64,000 nt of DNA, taken from a virus. Positions 1 through 10,222 of the stretch are shown here, one piece after another. The notes under the pieces are model-generated. The model saw only the letters and a list, made by a program, of their open reading frames with translations, was not told where the DNA came from and did not search any database. Position numbers and translations under genes: made by a program. Location of the stretch: positions 86,921 through 150,920 of IMG/VR virus record IMGVR_UViG_3300046167_000873; one strand, given 5' to 3'. Within the stretch, counting starts at the first letter, position 1. Every line of letters starts with the position of its first letter.

Positions 1-2844
1 AAAGACACCTGGTAAACCAAGCGACTTTGGAAATGCACCGGTCGTTGATATTTTCACAAAACGATTACGGTTTGCAGTAATTGGTGTTGATGAAACATTC
101 TTTGCTTTGACGTTATAGGTAACAGCCAGAGTAACAGATGTCGTAGTTATAGGTTGACCTGCACCGAGGTTAATTGTCATCGACGTGCGATCACTATTAA
201 CTGTAGCATTTGCTGTTGTTCGAGAACCTAAGTTGATTGGAATATTCTTTGGGAATACCCTTCGCATTGGTTCAGCACTAAATGCAAATGAACCCGAAGG
301 CTTTCGAATTGTAATTCTGTCTTGAGAATCTACACTTAAGACTTGTACAACATCGCCAGAGTTATTCTTGATCCAATCACCAGAAACTAAGTTATCTGAG
401 AATAGAGGAGTACCTACTGTTGCATCTAATACTTCAACTGAACTATTGCTTTGTCCGGCGTCTTGAACTAAAGTAATACCAGTTGCAAAATCACCGACCG
501 TTATTTCATCCTCTGGAACAATGATTAAAGTGCCTTCTTCGCTATCAGTAAGTTCACCGATATAATTAAAGATATTACCAGCTGGCAATCCTGATATTGA
601 AATATCACCACCTGAACTTACTGATTGGTTGACACTCGTTGTGCCATAGACATAGTTAATGCTGTCGCCTGAACCTGTCGTATTTGCAAATGCTTCACCG
701 GTTGTAACTGGTGAACGCCCAGTGGGTACAACAAGGCTCGTTGTTTGAGATTGAAACAACTCAGCAAACCGAGTATATGTTGAAGGTGAATATTGGTCTT
801 CTTCACCGGTTTCAGTAATTTTTCGAAGTACATCACTACCACTTGTTAATACAATATCAGCGATGCCATCTTCTGAACCACCAGAGCTTGGGACGTAGAT
901 AGAACGAATATCTCTAAAGGATGCACGGTCTAATTGGATATCAAAAATGTATACACGATAAACTGCATCATTTGTACCGTGATTGCCTGATTCAAGAAAT
1001 ACCGATCTTATCTTTGCAGTACCAATCTGATCGCCACTAATTCTTGCTGCACTTACTGCAGTATTGGTCGCGTAGTTATCGTAATACTTAACACCTTCAT
1101 CTGTTCCAGTCTGTGCTTTATATAAGTTAATTGTCTGGCCAGATTTAAATACGTGTGTACCTGCTAATTGGTTAACACGAATATAAGAACCGTAAATCAA
1201 GTCTTGTTCTTGGTTTATTTTGATTGATATATTCTTTGACTTTTCAACTTTCTTTGCATAGTTGCGTTCAGTCTTGACACGATAACCATTAATGTATGCG
1301 TGACCAGGATCTATAACATAAACGAAGTGAGTATCTGAATTTGCAATATCGCTTGTAGATCGTATAGTCAATTTAAATTGATCTAGTGCATAGTTACCAC
1401 TCTCTTCAAATGTACGTCTTGCAATCATGTCATTGATTTTATTGTACTGAGTAGTTTTAAACTGTGCGTATGGTCGACCTTCACTAAACTTAACTAAACT
1501 GAAGAACTCAGCGTCAGCTTCTTGTTCAGCAATTGTTTTTACAGAGAGCTGAGGAGTAAGCTGTAAACGGTTTGCACCAGGAGCTGAGAAGTTTGTAAAG
1601 TCATTTGAATTATCATAAAGAGTAGCATCTGTAAATACGTTAACGACCCCTTCTAATGTTGTAAATCCAACAGCAACATCACTCGGCGTATTTGAATACT
1701 TGTCAACAAAAGCAAATTGGGCATCAACGTTTAAGAAGTATCCTTTCTGATATATTTTTCCTTCAGAAACTTGGATACCATAACCAACACCAACTGGGTT
1801 AACATAACCGTCAGCAGTAGACGCAACAGTTAATTGCGTAAGGAAGGTTTGTGCTTCTAAATCTAAACTGTTGAGATTCAGTGTTGAGGCTGTTGTTGAT
1901 CCAACAGTAACATACGGTATAGTTGTATAACCAGAACCACCCCTTGTTATTTCAGCACTCGATATTGAACCGCCTCGTGTTGTTTGAATAAGGCCCGTTG
2001 CACCTGAACCAATAATCTGAGTAACACTTACTTCTTCGTTGTTACCAGATGTCTGGTTAATAAGAACTGTGTTTTCTTCGATATCATCCCATTTGCTTGA
2101 ATCAGGAGCAGGAACCAAGTCACTGTTGACTGGTTTAACTGGTACAATAAGTGTTCCAGTATCTTCATCGACTGTGGGAGTATCATAAATCTGTACGCGC
2201 AACGTTGGAGTAATAAGATCATCTACAAGAATATCGTTAATAGTAAATGATTCAATGTCAGATGTATTTCCTGAAACGACGTTGGCAATCTTAAGTGCAC
2301 TAACAACATAAACGATATCAGCGTTTGAGAAACCAGCAGATGCGCCACCTGGCACAACATTAATATCGTAGACAATATCTTGGTTACTAAATATTTTAAC
2401 AGATTCGCCTTCAGCAAACTTTGAATATTGATCATCAATGCCATTATCTTGGTATTCAACATATAATGTGTTTAAGTTGATACCGTCACCTTGGAAACCA
2501 GCAGTTCCTCGGGAAACCCTAGCAGTTATTCCAGTACTTTGACCCCTTGCAAACAGACCAATATACTCATTAACATCAACTGCTCCACCAGTACTTGACC
2601 TATCAAGTACTTTAATAAAAGGCATTTCATCCTTAAAGGTGAACTGACAGCCTGATAATATAGTGCCAGCTTTTAATATGTTATCGCCAAATTCTTCAAT
2701 TTGATTTTGCAGCATCGTCTGCAGCTGGTTCATCTCTCTTACTTGAACCGCAGTTGATGGCTTGAAAAGAACTTTATAATAATTCTTATCAGAATCGTAA
2801 TCGTCGAAATATGGAGATACGGAAAAATTAGTTGTTAACGGCAT
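1..2844 (-). CDS. Large virion structural protein, DUF4815/VrlC-like (partial, runs off the window edge)
   Basis: Not in the ORF track (no stop in window). Manual translation from ATG 2844 gives MPLTTNFSVSPYFDDYDSDKNYYKVLFKPSTAVQVREMNQLQTMLQNQIEEFG; spot checks stay in frame (APGANRL, ARRTFEESGNY, PKSLGLPGVF at position 1). Confidence 0.85.
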   Translation of the reverse strand, partial: MPLTTNFSVSPYFDDYDSDKNYYKVLFKPSTAVQVREMNQLQTMLQNQIEEFGDNILKAGTILSGCQFTFKDEMPFIKVLDRSSTGGAVDVNEYIGLFARGQSTGITARVSRGTAGFQGDGINLNTLYVEYQDNGIDDQYSKFAEGESVKIFSNQDIVYDINVVPGGASAGFSNADIVYVVSALKIANVVSGNTSDIESFTINDILVDDLITPTLRVQIYDTPTVDEDTGTLIVPVKPVNSDLVPAPDSSKWDDIEENTVLINQTSGNNEEVSVTQIIGSGATGLIQTTRGGSISSAEITRGGSGYTTIPYVTVGSTTASTLNLNSLDLEAQTFLTQLTVASTADGYVNPVGVGYGIQVSEGKIYQKGYFLNVDAQFAFVDKYSNTPSDVAVGFTTLEGVVNVFTDATLYDNSNDFTNFSAPGANRLQLTPQLSVKTIAEQEADAEFFSLVKFSEGRPYAQFKTTQYNKINDMIARRTFEESGNYALDQFKLTIRSTSDIANSDTHFVYVIDPGHAYINGYRVKTERNYAKKVEKSKNISIKINQEQDLIYGSYIRVNQLAGTHVFKSGQTINLYKAQTGTDEGVKYYDNYATNTAVSAARISGDQIGTAKIRSVFLESGNHGTNDAVYRVYIFDIQLDRASFRDIRSIYVPSSGGSEDGIADIVLTSGSDVLRKITETGEEDQYSPSTYTRFAELFQSQTTSLVVPTGRSPVTTGEAFANTTGSGDSINYVYGTTSVNQSVSSGGDISISGLPAGNIFNYIGELTDSEEGTLIIVPEDEITVGDFATGITLVQDAGQSNSSVEVLDATVGTPLFSDNLVSGDWIKNNSGDVVQVLSVDSQDRITIRKPSGSFAFSAEPMRRVFPKNIPINLGSRTTANATVNSDRTSMTINLGAGQPITTTSVTLAVTYNVKAKNVSSTPITANRNRFVKISTTGAFPKSLGLPGVF

Positions 2845-2848
2845 CGAT

Positions 2849-4036
2849 TTAGAACTCCAAAATTACTCTTATTTCTTCTGTTTGATCTTGCTGGCGTGAA
2901 ATAGGTACGTCATTTTGTATATATATGACGGCTCCTTCGTTAGGATCTAAATCACCGTATGATAAATCTAAAATATCTGCATTTACTCCGGAGACCACAC
3001 TCGCGAATGTTGCGCCAGATGATCGGCCAGTAATAATTGCTGATTGTCCTGCAGATGCTGTTACAAAATCGCCTACAACACGAGTAAGGTTTAACTGATC
3101 ATCATTCCAAGAGTGAATGTATCCAGTTGTTTCTTCGCCTGTTGCAGCATCTACTTGAAAAACCTGTTCATCAAGTTGAAATACACCTTGAGTCACATTA
3201 CCTTGTATCTTAAACAGCTGATTAAAATCTTCAAATTGGAACTGTGCACTGAATGTTCCTATTCTACTATTTATATCAATTGACTGAACGTTTCCTGTGG
3301 CTCTTGAAGTCAAACCATAAATGAGCTCACCAGTCTTAAACTTAGGAACTACTTTGTTACCAAGAAATGATGTATAGTTTGTTGGTGTTCCAACTGGTTT
3401 AGGTGGTGCATTATTATCAACAACACATGTAGCCAATTCTTTTGTTTGATATGCAATGATGCTGTAATCACCACCGGGTTCTAAGAATGGAATAGTATCT
3501 TGTAAAATGATTGCTGTTGTATTACTGCCAGCACCAACCGTACCTAGATATTTACCAGTACCAGTCACGGATTGCATATAGATATTTTCACCAGGAGTTA
3601 AGAATGTATCGAAGGATGAATCTCCTGATTGCAATACTAAAGACTTACCATCATCTTGTACTGTATTTGCAGTAAATGTACCTTCTATTTTTATTTTCTT
3701 AAACTGAACAACATCTTCGCCTTCAATAAATTCAGTTGTTGCTTCAGTAAAATAGAATTGTGTGTTTGAGAAAACAGGATCACGAATAACACCAAACTGC
3801 GAGAATGTATTTTCTGGAGAGACTAAGTCAGATTCTGAACTGTTGAAGTTAGCAACAATGCTCATCTTAGATGCACCTAACTCAACAATGTTGTTTGCCC
3901 CATGGCCTCCCTGTGGAGGTATGATGGCTCTTAAATCAGAAGGTATAATAGTAACTGGTTCGCCATTAATTTCATCAGAAATCAATGGAGGAATCTTGGC
4001 GGTAGCAAACTTATAATCTGCACCAGTATCAAACAT
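2849..4036 (-). CDS. gp8: Baseplate wedge gp8, C-terminal part (split by an apparent frameshift near 4096)
   Basis: IIPPQGGHG...ELGA, FSQFGVIRDP and terminal YIQNDVPISRQQDQTEEIRVILEF are typical gp8 motifs; the frame stays open upstream (AFARAIVDSNASNSIIRVEM). Confidence 0.8.
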   Translation of the reverse strand: MFDTGADYKFATAKIPPLISDEINGEPVTIIPSDLRAIIPPQGGHGANNIVELGASKMSIVANFNSSESDLVSPENTFSQFGVIRDPVFSNTQFYFTEATTEFIEGEDVVQFKKIKIEGTFTANTVQDDGKSLVLQSGDSSFDTFLTPGENIYMQSVTGTGKYLGTVGAGSNTTAIILQDTIPFLEPGGDYSIIAYQTKELATCVVDNNAPPKPVGTPTNYTSFLGNKVVPKFKTGELIYGLTSRATGNVQSIDINSRIGTFSAQFQFEDFNQLFKIQGNVTQGVFQLDEQVFQVDAATGEETTGYIHSWNDDQLNLTRVVGDFVTASAGQSAIITGRSSGATFASVVSGVNADILDLSYGDLDPNEGAVIYIQNDVPISRQQDQTEEIRVILEF

Positions 4037-4071
4037 TTCAACACGAATAATACTATTAGATGCATTACTAT

Positions 4072-5091
4072 CTACGATTGCTCGAGCAAATGCTTTTTCG
4101 TTTCTGTACCATCGCCGATAATTCTTACTTCTGGGAAAATATCATATGATGATGTATTGTCAAGCGGCGTAGTAAATTGATCTTCAACATAGATAACTAC
4201 GCCAACACCTGTTACAACATCAGACCTTAATATCCGTCTATATTGACCGGCACCTACTCCTGATGTAATATAGATGATGCAGTTCTTGTAGAAATCAATA
4301 ATTTGTCGTCCACCAACAACTCTATACCATTGGTTAACATTTGCTTCACCAGCAACACTAGTCAGTGTTTGACCTGATGCAATTAATGCACCGTTCTCAG
4401 CAATATCTGGTGTAATTCTATTAAAGTCATTATCTGAAAAATCAGCTGAGATATAGTTGTTATGGTTTTTGCCTTCATCAAGAACGCGAATAACATCAAT
4501 AGCACCAGGTTTTGAGTTGCTTTGAATTGTAGTATTAGCAGTAATTGGAATGAGCTTTTGTGTAGCAAACTTATTGAAGGTTGTAGAATCTATGCTGTAC
4601 AGGTATTTCCACTGATAACCATCGTTTGTTTCGTAGTAATCATCACCTGATACAAAAAGATTCTCATCATATCGTGCATCTTGGAATAAAGGCTTAACAG
4701 TTGATGGAGCGCCATTGTTGTTATACAAACACTTATAAACGTGTTTAAACGCATCTTCATCAACAACAGTATAGAAGTTCTTTTCAAAAAGATTAACTTC
4801 AGTATCATCGTACATCGTGAATATCGTACCAGCTTCCCAATCATTGCGATTAACAACAAAGTTAAAATCCCTTTCGTCAAGTTTCTTGCCTATGATCATA
4901 TTTCGAAACGCACCGATATTCATTTTTTGAGTGGTTTCAATAGGCGCTGAAATTTCATCAAGCGTAGAACCATCAGTGACATGATCACCAATAAATGAAT
5001 AATAAACAGTATTAGCCGGTTCAGTAATCGATTCTATAAACTGATCGATCATGTGAGTTTTAAATTCAGCTGGTACTAGTGACTTAGCCAT
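4072..5091 (-). CDS. gp8: Baseplate wedge gp8, N-terminal part
   Basis: VVNRNDWEAGTIFTMYDD, HVYKCLYNNNGAPSTVKP and DGYQWKYLYSI gp8 motifs; follows gp7. Confidence 0.85.
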   Translation of the reverse strand: MAKSLVPAEFKTHMIDQFIESITEPANTVYYSFIGDHVTDGSTLDEISAPIETTQKMNIGAFRNMIIGKKLDERDFNFVVNRNDWEAGTIFTMYDDTEVNLFEKNFYTVVDEDAFKHVYKCLYNNNGAPSTVKPLFQDARYDENLFVSGDDYYETNDGYQWKYLYSIDSTTFNKFATQKLIPITANTTIQSNSKPGAIDVIRVLDEGKNHNNYISADFSDNDFNRITPDIAENGALIASGQTLTSVAGEANVNQWYRVVGGRQIIDFYKNCIIYITSGVGAGQYRRILRSDVVTGVGVVIYVEDQFTTPLDNTSSYDIFPEVRIIGDGTETKKHLLEQS

Positions 5092-5109
5092 TATTGTCTC
5101 TTATATTAT

Positions 5110-7926
5110 TTACGATATTGTGATTGGATAGAAAGTGTTTTCATTTACAAACAATCCAAATTGCTTAATGTTATATTCTGTACTTGTTCCGGTAGCCGTA
5201 ATATTAACATTTTCTTCTTGTGTTCCAACATAACCACCGAATGGTTTGCTGCCGGCAACGTGTAGTATTTCAATAAGCGTCTGCTTATACTTATCGAATG
5301 GTAAAGCAGTCAATACCTGATAAGAATATTCTTGATAAAAATTGTTATCTTGAAGATACTTATCTGTTGATAAAAACGACTTTTTACTTGGCCAACTACC
5401 TTCACCAATTCCTTGCTTACCAAGATAGCCATATGCACTTACTGATCTATTTGAATCTTCACTTGATATAAGAGTAAGTACTTCTCCATCTGTAACAACA
5501 CCGTTGACAAAGCGCTTACCAAAATATCCAAATCCAGAATTAAGAATTCTAAGATCGGTAACGAATCCTTCACCTGAGAATGCTTCAGATAGAATATCAG
5601 AATTAAGACCAACACGATTCATCATTCGTGTTTCATCAACAACATATACAGATGCAGATACACCTGAGTTTTCACCGGTGATTATGTCGTTCCTTCTAAA
5701 ATCGCGCTCAGTATAAATGTGGCTGTTATCTGTAATATCAGATGATACATTTAATCTTACTGCCCATATCTCACCAGTAAGAGGCTTATGTTTTAATATC
5801 CTTGCTCTTGCAAGAGGATCACCGGTTGGTGTTGTGATAATCTCATTAATACGGAATGCTTTTAATTGAGGTTCTCTTCGGTATCTAAAATATAGGTCGT
5901 ATCTTTCCATATGATAATCACGTGGTTCAAATACAACATAATAAGGTGACCGTGAATAGCCTTGACCTGGATCAGTAACAACAATAGATTTTAATGAACC
6001 TATTTCAACAGCTTCATCTGATATATTTAAAAAGTCGCTAAGTAATGTATTTGCAAATTCTGTAGGTCCAGTTCCTTCTGAAATATATTGAATCTCAGAA
6101 TTAGCTGTGTCCCATATAGATGTATTTGCAAGAGTATCAAAGTCGTCGATAACCATCTCTGCTCCACCAGGAAATACCTTTGGCAAATCATCAATGATTT
6201 CTACTGAATCCCAATCTCTTAAAGATTGTTCTTCTTCATATTCAAATACATCGAACTTAGCAACCGTATTAAAACCAAACTGGTCAATTGAGCCAGATGT
6301 CATTCCAGTATTAGCGTTATATGTATTCGCGTTATTAAATATGTAGTTGTCAGCCTGAAGCTCACCTTCGACACCTACGACACCTGCATACGCGTTAGAG
6401 ACATTGGTTAATGTGAATGCAGTTCTAGATATTGTTTCTTGTCTAAACAATGGTTGATCGTTACGAGGCCAACCAACATTGCGCACTACGTTAGCATACT
6501 TAAGACCATTGACTGTACTAACGTATGTGTTTGAGACTTCAATTTCAGTATACCTTAAAAAGTTTTTTGGATCTTCTTGATAAAGTATGTCGCCAGCTAC
6601 AAGACTAAATTGGTCTTCATTTGAATATTCAATTGTAAATTTATCGTCCCATGCAATAACGTTAGCTTCTGCTTTTGCATCAATGACTGCTGAAGTAGTT
6701 TCTTGATTTACAGGAATTTCAATTGAATTATTAGAGGCATAAAATGTTGGAATACTATTTCCAAAGAGTGATCTTCCGTCGACAATGATTTCTCCATTTG
6801 AATTTCGTGGATAATCAGTGCCATTGTAGTTTAATGTAATGACGTTATTCTCAGAACTACTATAAACAATATGACCTTCAAATTCTACGTTTCCAGCAGG
6901 ATCATCGTTTGTTCGTACTTCAACAATTTCATTTAAATTAAGTGAAAATGCAACATCTGATACATCGGTGTTCGTAATATCTACTTTAATTGTCACAAGA
7001 TCCTGTTCGATCTTGTCAAAAACATATGATGGATCGTGGTTATAGAAATACTTGTCGTCATTAAAAACAATATCATTTAATTGTATGACTTTATCTGAAC
7101 CAATAATCTCTGCTTGGTTTGTATAACCCCAACCACCATCAATAAGAGTAAAGTTAACAACGCCAATATAGTCTGCTGTTTTACTAACGACTGCTTTTGC
7201 TTTTTTACCTTTTCCATCCGAAACATAAACTTGCTCTCCTGATGAAAAGTTAGGAGAACTAAATGTAATTTCAAATGCTGATAAAGACCCATCAATTCTT
7301 GCTGAGTAGTTATCCGTCAATAATTGTGTAGATATTCTTTCACCGGTTTTAAAGTTACCAGTAACATCTGTAATATATAGAACTTCAATATATTGATTAT
7401 CTTTCTTAACACGAACTAGCCGTTCTGCAAATGCACTTGTTGTAGAAACACTACCAAAGACTTGTTCGCCTACAAAATTAATGTTATTCTTATTAGGCTT
7501 AAGCTCAAGGTATTGTGTGTCTAACCAAGTGTTATCACTAAGTTTAAATAAGTCATCAGCAGGATAATAAACACGAGCTTCTAGACCGTAAATAAGTTTA
7601 AAGAAAAGGTCAACAGCTCTTTCTGTTCCTTTAGCACGATAGAAGTCTAACGCGTTTTTAATGAATAGCTGTTTATTCGTTGCTGTATTAAATTGAACGT
7701 TAGGCAAATACTTGTTTTTAAAATCAATAATAAATTCATCGATTGTTTTATCGATGTCACGATACTCAGGCAAATTACGTGTATGGTATGCTACTTGATT
7801 TTGTTGTTCCATCCACTCATAATACGCCTGTATGAAGGCAATAAACTTATCACCTTCTTCGCGATAGAGCTCTGGAAACTGTGACTCCAGTAAAGCACTA
7901 ATATTCTTTTCAATTTCTATAGCCAT
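5110..7926 (-). CDS. gp7: Baseplate wedge initiator, gp7-like
   Basis: N-terminal SQFPELYREEG..FIQAYYEW, DFYRAKGT and C-terminal LQDNNFYQEYSY..LHVAG; lies between gp6 and gp8. Confidence 0.75.
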   Translation of the reverse strand: MAIEIEKNISALLESQFPELYREEGDKFIAFIQAYYEWMEQQNQVAYHTRNLPEYRDIDKTIDEFIIDFKNKYLPNVQFNTATNKQLFIKNALDFYRAKGTERAVDLFFKLIYGLEARVYYPADDLFKLSDNTWLDTQYLELKPNKNNINFVGEQVFGSVSTTSAFAERLVRVKKDNQYIEVLYITDVTGNFKTGERISTQLLTDNYSARIDGSLSAFEITFSSPNFSSGEQVYVSDGKGKKAKAVVSKTADYIGVVNFTLIDGGWGYTNQAEIIGSDKVIQLNDIVFNDDKYFYNHDPSYVFDKIEQDLVTIKVDITNTDVSDVAFSLNLNEIVEVRTNDDPAGNVEFEGHIVYSSSENNVITLNYNGTDYPRNSNGEIIVDGRSLFGNSIPTFYASNNSIEIPVNQETTSAVIDAKAEANVIAWDDKFTIEYSNEDQFSLVAGDILYQEDPKNFLRYTEIEVSNTYVSTVNGLKYANVVRNVGWPRNDQPLFRQETISRTAFTLTNVSNAYAGVVGVEGELQADNYIFNNANTYNANTGMTSGSIDQFGFNTVAKFDVFEYEEEQSLRDWDSVEIIDDLPKVFPGGAEMVIDDFDTLANTSIWDTANSEIQYISEGTGPTEFANTLLSDFLNISDEAVEIGSLKSIVVTDPGQGYSRSPYYVVFEPRDYHMERYDLYFRYRREPQLKAFRINEIITTPTGDPLARARILKHKPLTGEIWAVRLNVSSDITDNSHIYTERDFRRNDIITGENSGVSASVYVVDETRMMNRVGLNSDILSEAFSGEGFVTDLRILNSGFGYFGKRFVNGVVTDGEVLTLISSEDSNRSVSAYGYLGKQGIGEGSWPSKKSFLSTDKYLQDNNFYQEYSYQVLTALPFDKYKQTLIEILHVAGSKPFGGYVGTQEENVNITATGTSTEYNIKQFGLFVNENTFYPITIS

Positions 7927-9737
7927 TAGATTCTTACTTGTTGTACGTTAATTTGAACATCCGAATCAAGTACTCTTAATATGCTCGTCTGTTGCGACTC
8001 AATATCTCTATCTTCTGGTGTAATTGAGAATGTAAGGACACCACCTTCAACTGCTTGGAATGATACATTAGAAAGAATAATCACGCCAGTAGCATAATTA
8101 ACTTCACCGGCTTGTGCAATTGCTACGTGACGATCACCTTCTTCTCTAACTATAACCATGTTGCCTTCGCCGTCATCCTCAAAGAAACATTCACTATCTT
8201 GGAATGTAAACGGAGAACTTGAAACGGCAGCTATGTCGTAAGAAAAATGTGATTTTCTTCCTTGACCAATATCACGTCTAATAGGAATATTAAATGCAAT
8301 CCTATAGTTATTTGATCCGTTAATATCAACAGTTAAAAACTTAGTAGCAAGTACATCAGTATCATTACTCACAATTGATTGTTGAGAATTATCGATTGCT
8401 GAAACGAGTTTACTGTAACGAAGTGTTTTGCCAAAGCCATTAATTTCAGATTCGTTATAACTTTGAATAGAAGATAAAACCAAGCTTCGTATATCATCGA
8501 TATTTAATGATGTTTGGTTAATGTTATATTTAACTGTTGTTCGTATACTAACGTATGTATAGTCAGGTTTAACGAAGACTGGATCAATAGACAAAGGACT
8601 TCTTGGTTTAATAAAAGAATTGTACTTTGTTTTAAATGAAGCTGGTAAGTCATCACTGTTCTTTAAATCAACCGCAACAATAACCTTACCATAAAGAGGT
8701 GGATCAAATAGTTCTCCACCATATGCAACAACATCGTTAATTTCTGAGAAGTTTGCTTTCAATAAAGTACTATAGTCACTTGAGGTTACAACACGTTCTT
8801 GAGTTGTAAAGGCTCTTGGTGCATTTAACTTAATTGAATTTAAAGATTCTGGTAAAGATCCACCAGACGCAGCAGTATGAGTTTCAACACTTAAAACAGT
8901 TGCTGTATCAATTGAATCGTTTGGAGTAAATCTCTTGATTCCATTTGGCAACTCACCATTACACGTTCTATATTCTATATTGACGATTGAATTATCTTTT
9001 GGTGGTCTTCCAATGACTCCATCACCAAAGAATATCTCGTAAGTATCCCCTTCAGATGGTTGAATAAAGAAGACCTGTGATTGTGCATCAAGACCAAACA
9101 GAGTATCTCTTTTAAGATATTGTAAAACAGTTGAACCATTATCTTCAATAACAGTAACAATTAAGCTGTTTGTATCAATTGTTTTGTTACTTGCAATATA
9201 CTTAACTGGGTTTTTAGCATTCACAACAAACGTGTCAAGAATATAATCACCTTCATAGAGCAAAACATCTTCAGCTTTAAAGTTTGCTTGTGCAGGTGCT
9301 CCAGGTGTGCCTGTAGTAATGCTTTTAGCAAGTATGTTTTCTGATGTTACGAAGGTAAAGTTTCTATTTCCTTCGGTTCCTGTAAATGATGTTCCTCGTG
9401 GAATTAATACAGTTGCATCATCAGAAGTATCTCTGAGATAAACATCAACGCTTGCAATCGCCGATCGAAATGACCTCGGAAGATAATTAAGTTCTTTTGC
9501 ATGAGAGATAATGCTGTCTCTTAGTATAGCAGAATCAAGGAACATCTCGTTTGCTACCATGTTTAGATAAAATGCATTGAGGTTTGTGTTGTATGCAAGA
9601 ATATCTAAAAGAACATTAATGTTTGAGGCTTCAAAATCGTAATCTTGAAAGATAGCCTGAGACTTTAAATACGACTTAAGATTCTCTTTAACCGTATTAA
9701 AATCAAGTGTCGATAAATCGTTACTTACGTTTGCCAT
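7926..9737 (-). CDS. gp6: Baseplate wedge subunit gp6
   Basis: LDFNTVKENLKSYL, DYDFEASNINVLLDILAYNT, NEMFLDSA, FGDGVIG, QERVVTSSDY. Confidence 0.95.
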   Translation of the reverse strand: MANVSNDLSTLDFNTVKENLKSYLKSQAIFQDYDFEASNINVLLDILAYNTNLNAFYLNMVANEMFLDSAILRDSIISHAKELNYLPRSFRSAIASVDVYLRDTSDDATVLIPRGTSFTGTEGNRNFTFVTSENILAKSITTGTPGAPAQANFKAEDVLLYEGDYILDTFVVNAKNPVKYIASNKTIDTNSLIVTVIEDNGSTVLQYLKRDTLFGLDAQSQVFFIQPSEGDTYEIFFGDGVIGRPPKDNSIVNIEYRTCNGELPNGIKRFTPNDSIDTATVLSVETHTAASGGSLPESLNSIKLNAPRAFTTQERVVTSSDYSTLLKANFSEINDVVAYGGELFDPPLYGKVIVAVDLKNSDDLPASFKTKYNSFIKPRSPLSIDPVFVKPDYTYVSIRTTVKYNINQTSLNIDDIRSLVLSSIQSYNESEINGFGKTLRYSKLVSAIDNSQQSIVSNDTDVLATKFLTVDINGSNNYRIAFNIPIRRDIGQGRKSHFSYDIAAVSSSPFTFQDSECFFEDDGEGNMVIVREEGDRHVAIAQAGEVNYATGVIILSNVSFQAVEGGVLTFSITPEDRDIESQQTSILRVLDSDVQINVQQVRI

Positions 9738-9738
9738 G

Positions 9739-10173
9739 TTATCTTACTCTGTAGAGTGTTAGTTCTAGGTTAGCGACTTGGTTTGATGTTACAATTGCAA
9801 ATTCTATATTAACGACAATAGCATTTTCATCGGGCTGTGAATCTACTGTGCAATCTATAACTCTCACTCTCGGTTCATGTGTTTCTATTGCATTATAGAT
9901 TTCTTCTTTTATTTCTTCTTCGATATGACTATCGAATTGCTCAAAAACAAATCTACTTAAGCGTGTACCGAACTCAGGATTGCGTAATCTTTCATACTTA
10001 TTCGTCAATAAAAGGTTACGTAATGCTTGCTTTACAGATTCGACATTTACTTTTCTGGTAATCTGACCCGTATTAGGGTTAGGTAAAAATGATTTGTTTA
10101 AATCACTATACTTGTCAGCGAGTGCACCAGACTGTCTATATTCATCGTTTTCTTTGGCTATTCTAATGCCCAT
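9739..10173 (-). CDS. gp25: Baseplate wedge subunit gp25
   Basis: SVKQALRNLLLTNKYERLRNPEFG, IETHEPRV; adjacent to gp6. Confidence 0.93.
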   Translation of the reverse strand: MGIRIAKENDEYRQSGALADKYSDLNKSFLPNPNTGQITRKVNVESVKQALRNLLLTNKYERLRNPEFGTRLSRFVFEQFDSHIEEEIKEEIYNAIETHEPRVRVIDCTVDSQPDENAIVVNIEFAIVTSNQVANLELTLYRVR

Positions 10174-10196
10174 GAGAATATTCCGTGTTTATAGTT

Positions 10197-10205
10197 TTAT
10201 TTATA
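10197..10205 (-). promoter_or_regulatory. T4-type late promoter TATAAATA upstream of gp25
   Basis: + strand tatttata in the intergenic gap about 25 nt before the gp25 ATG. Confidence 0.7.
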
Positions 10206-10222
10206 CAACTTTAAGTGTAGCG

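Noticed and set aside
618-2462. Short - strand ORFs 618-842, 2028-2222 and 2223-2462
   Set aside because: Alternative frames inside the long DUF4815-like gene.
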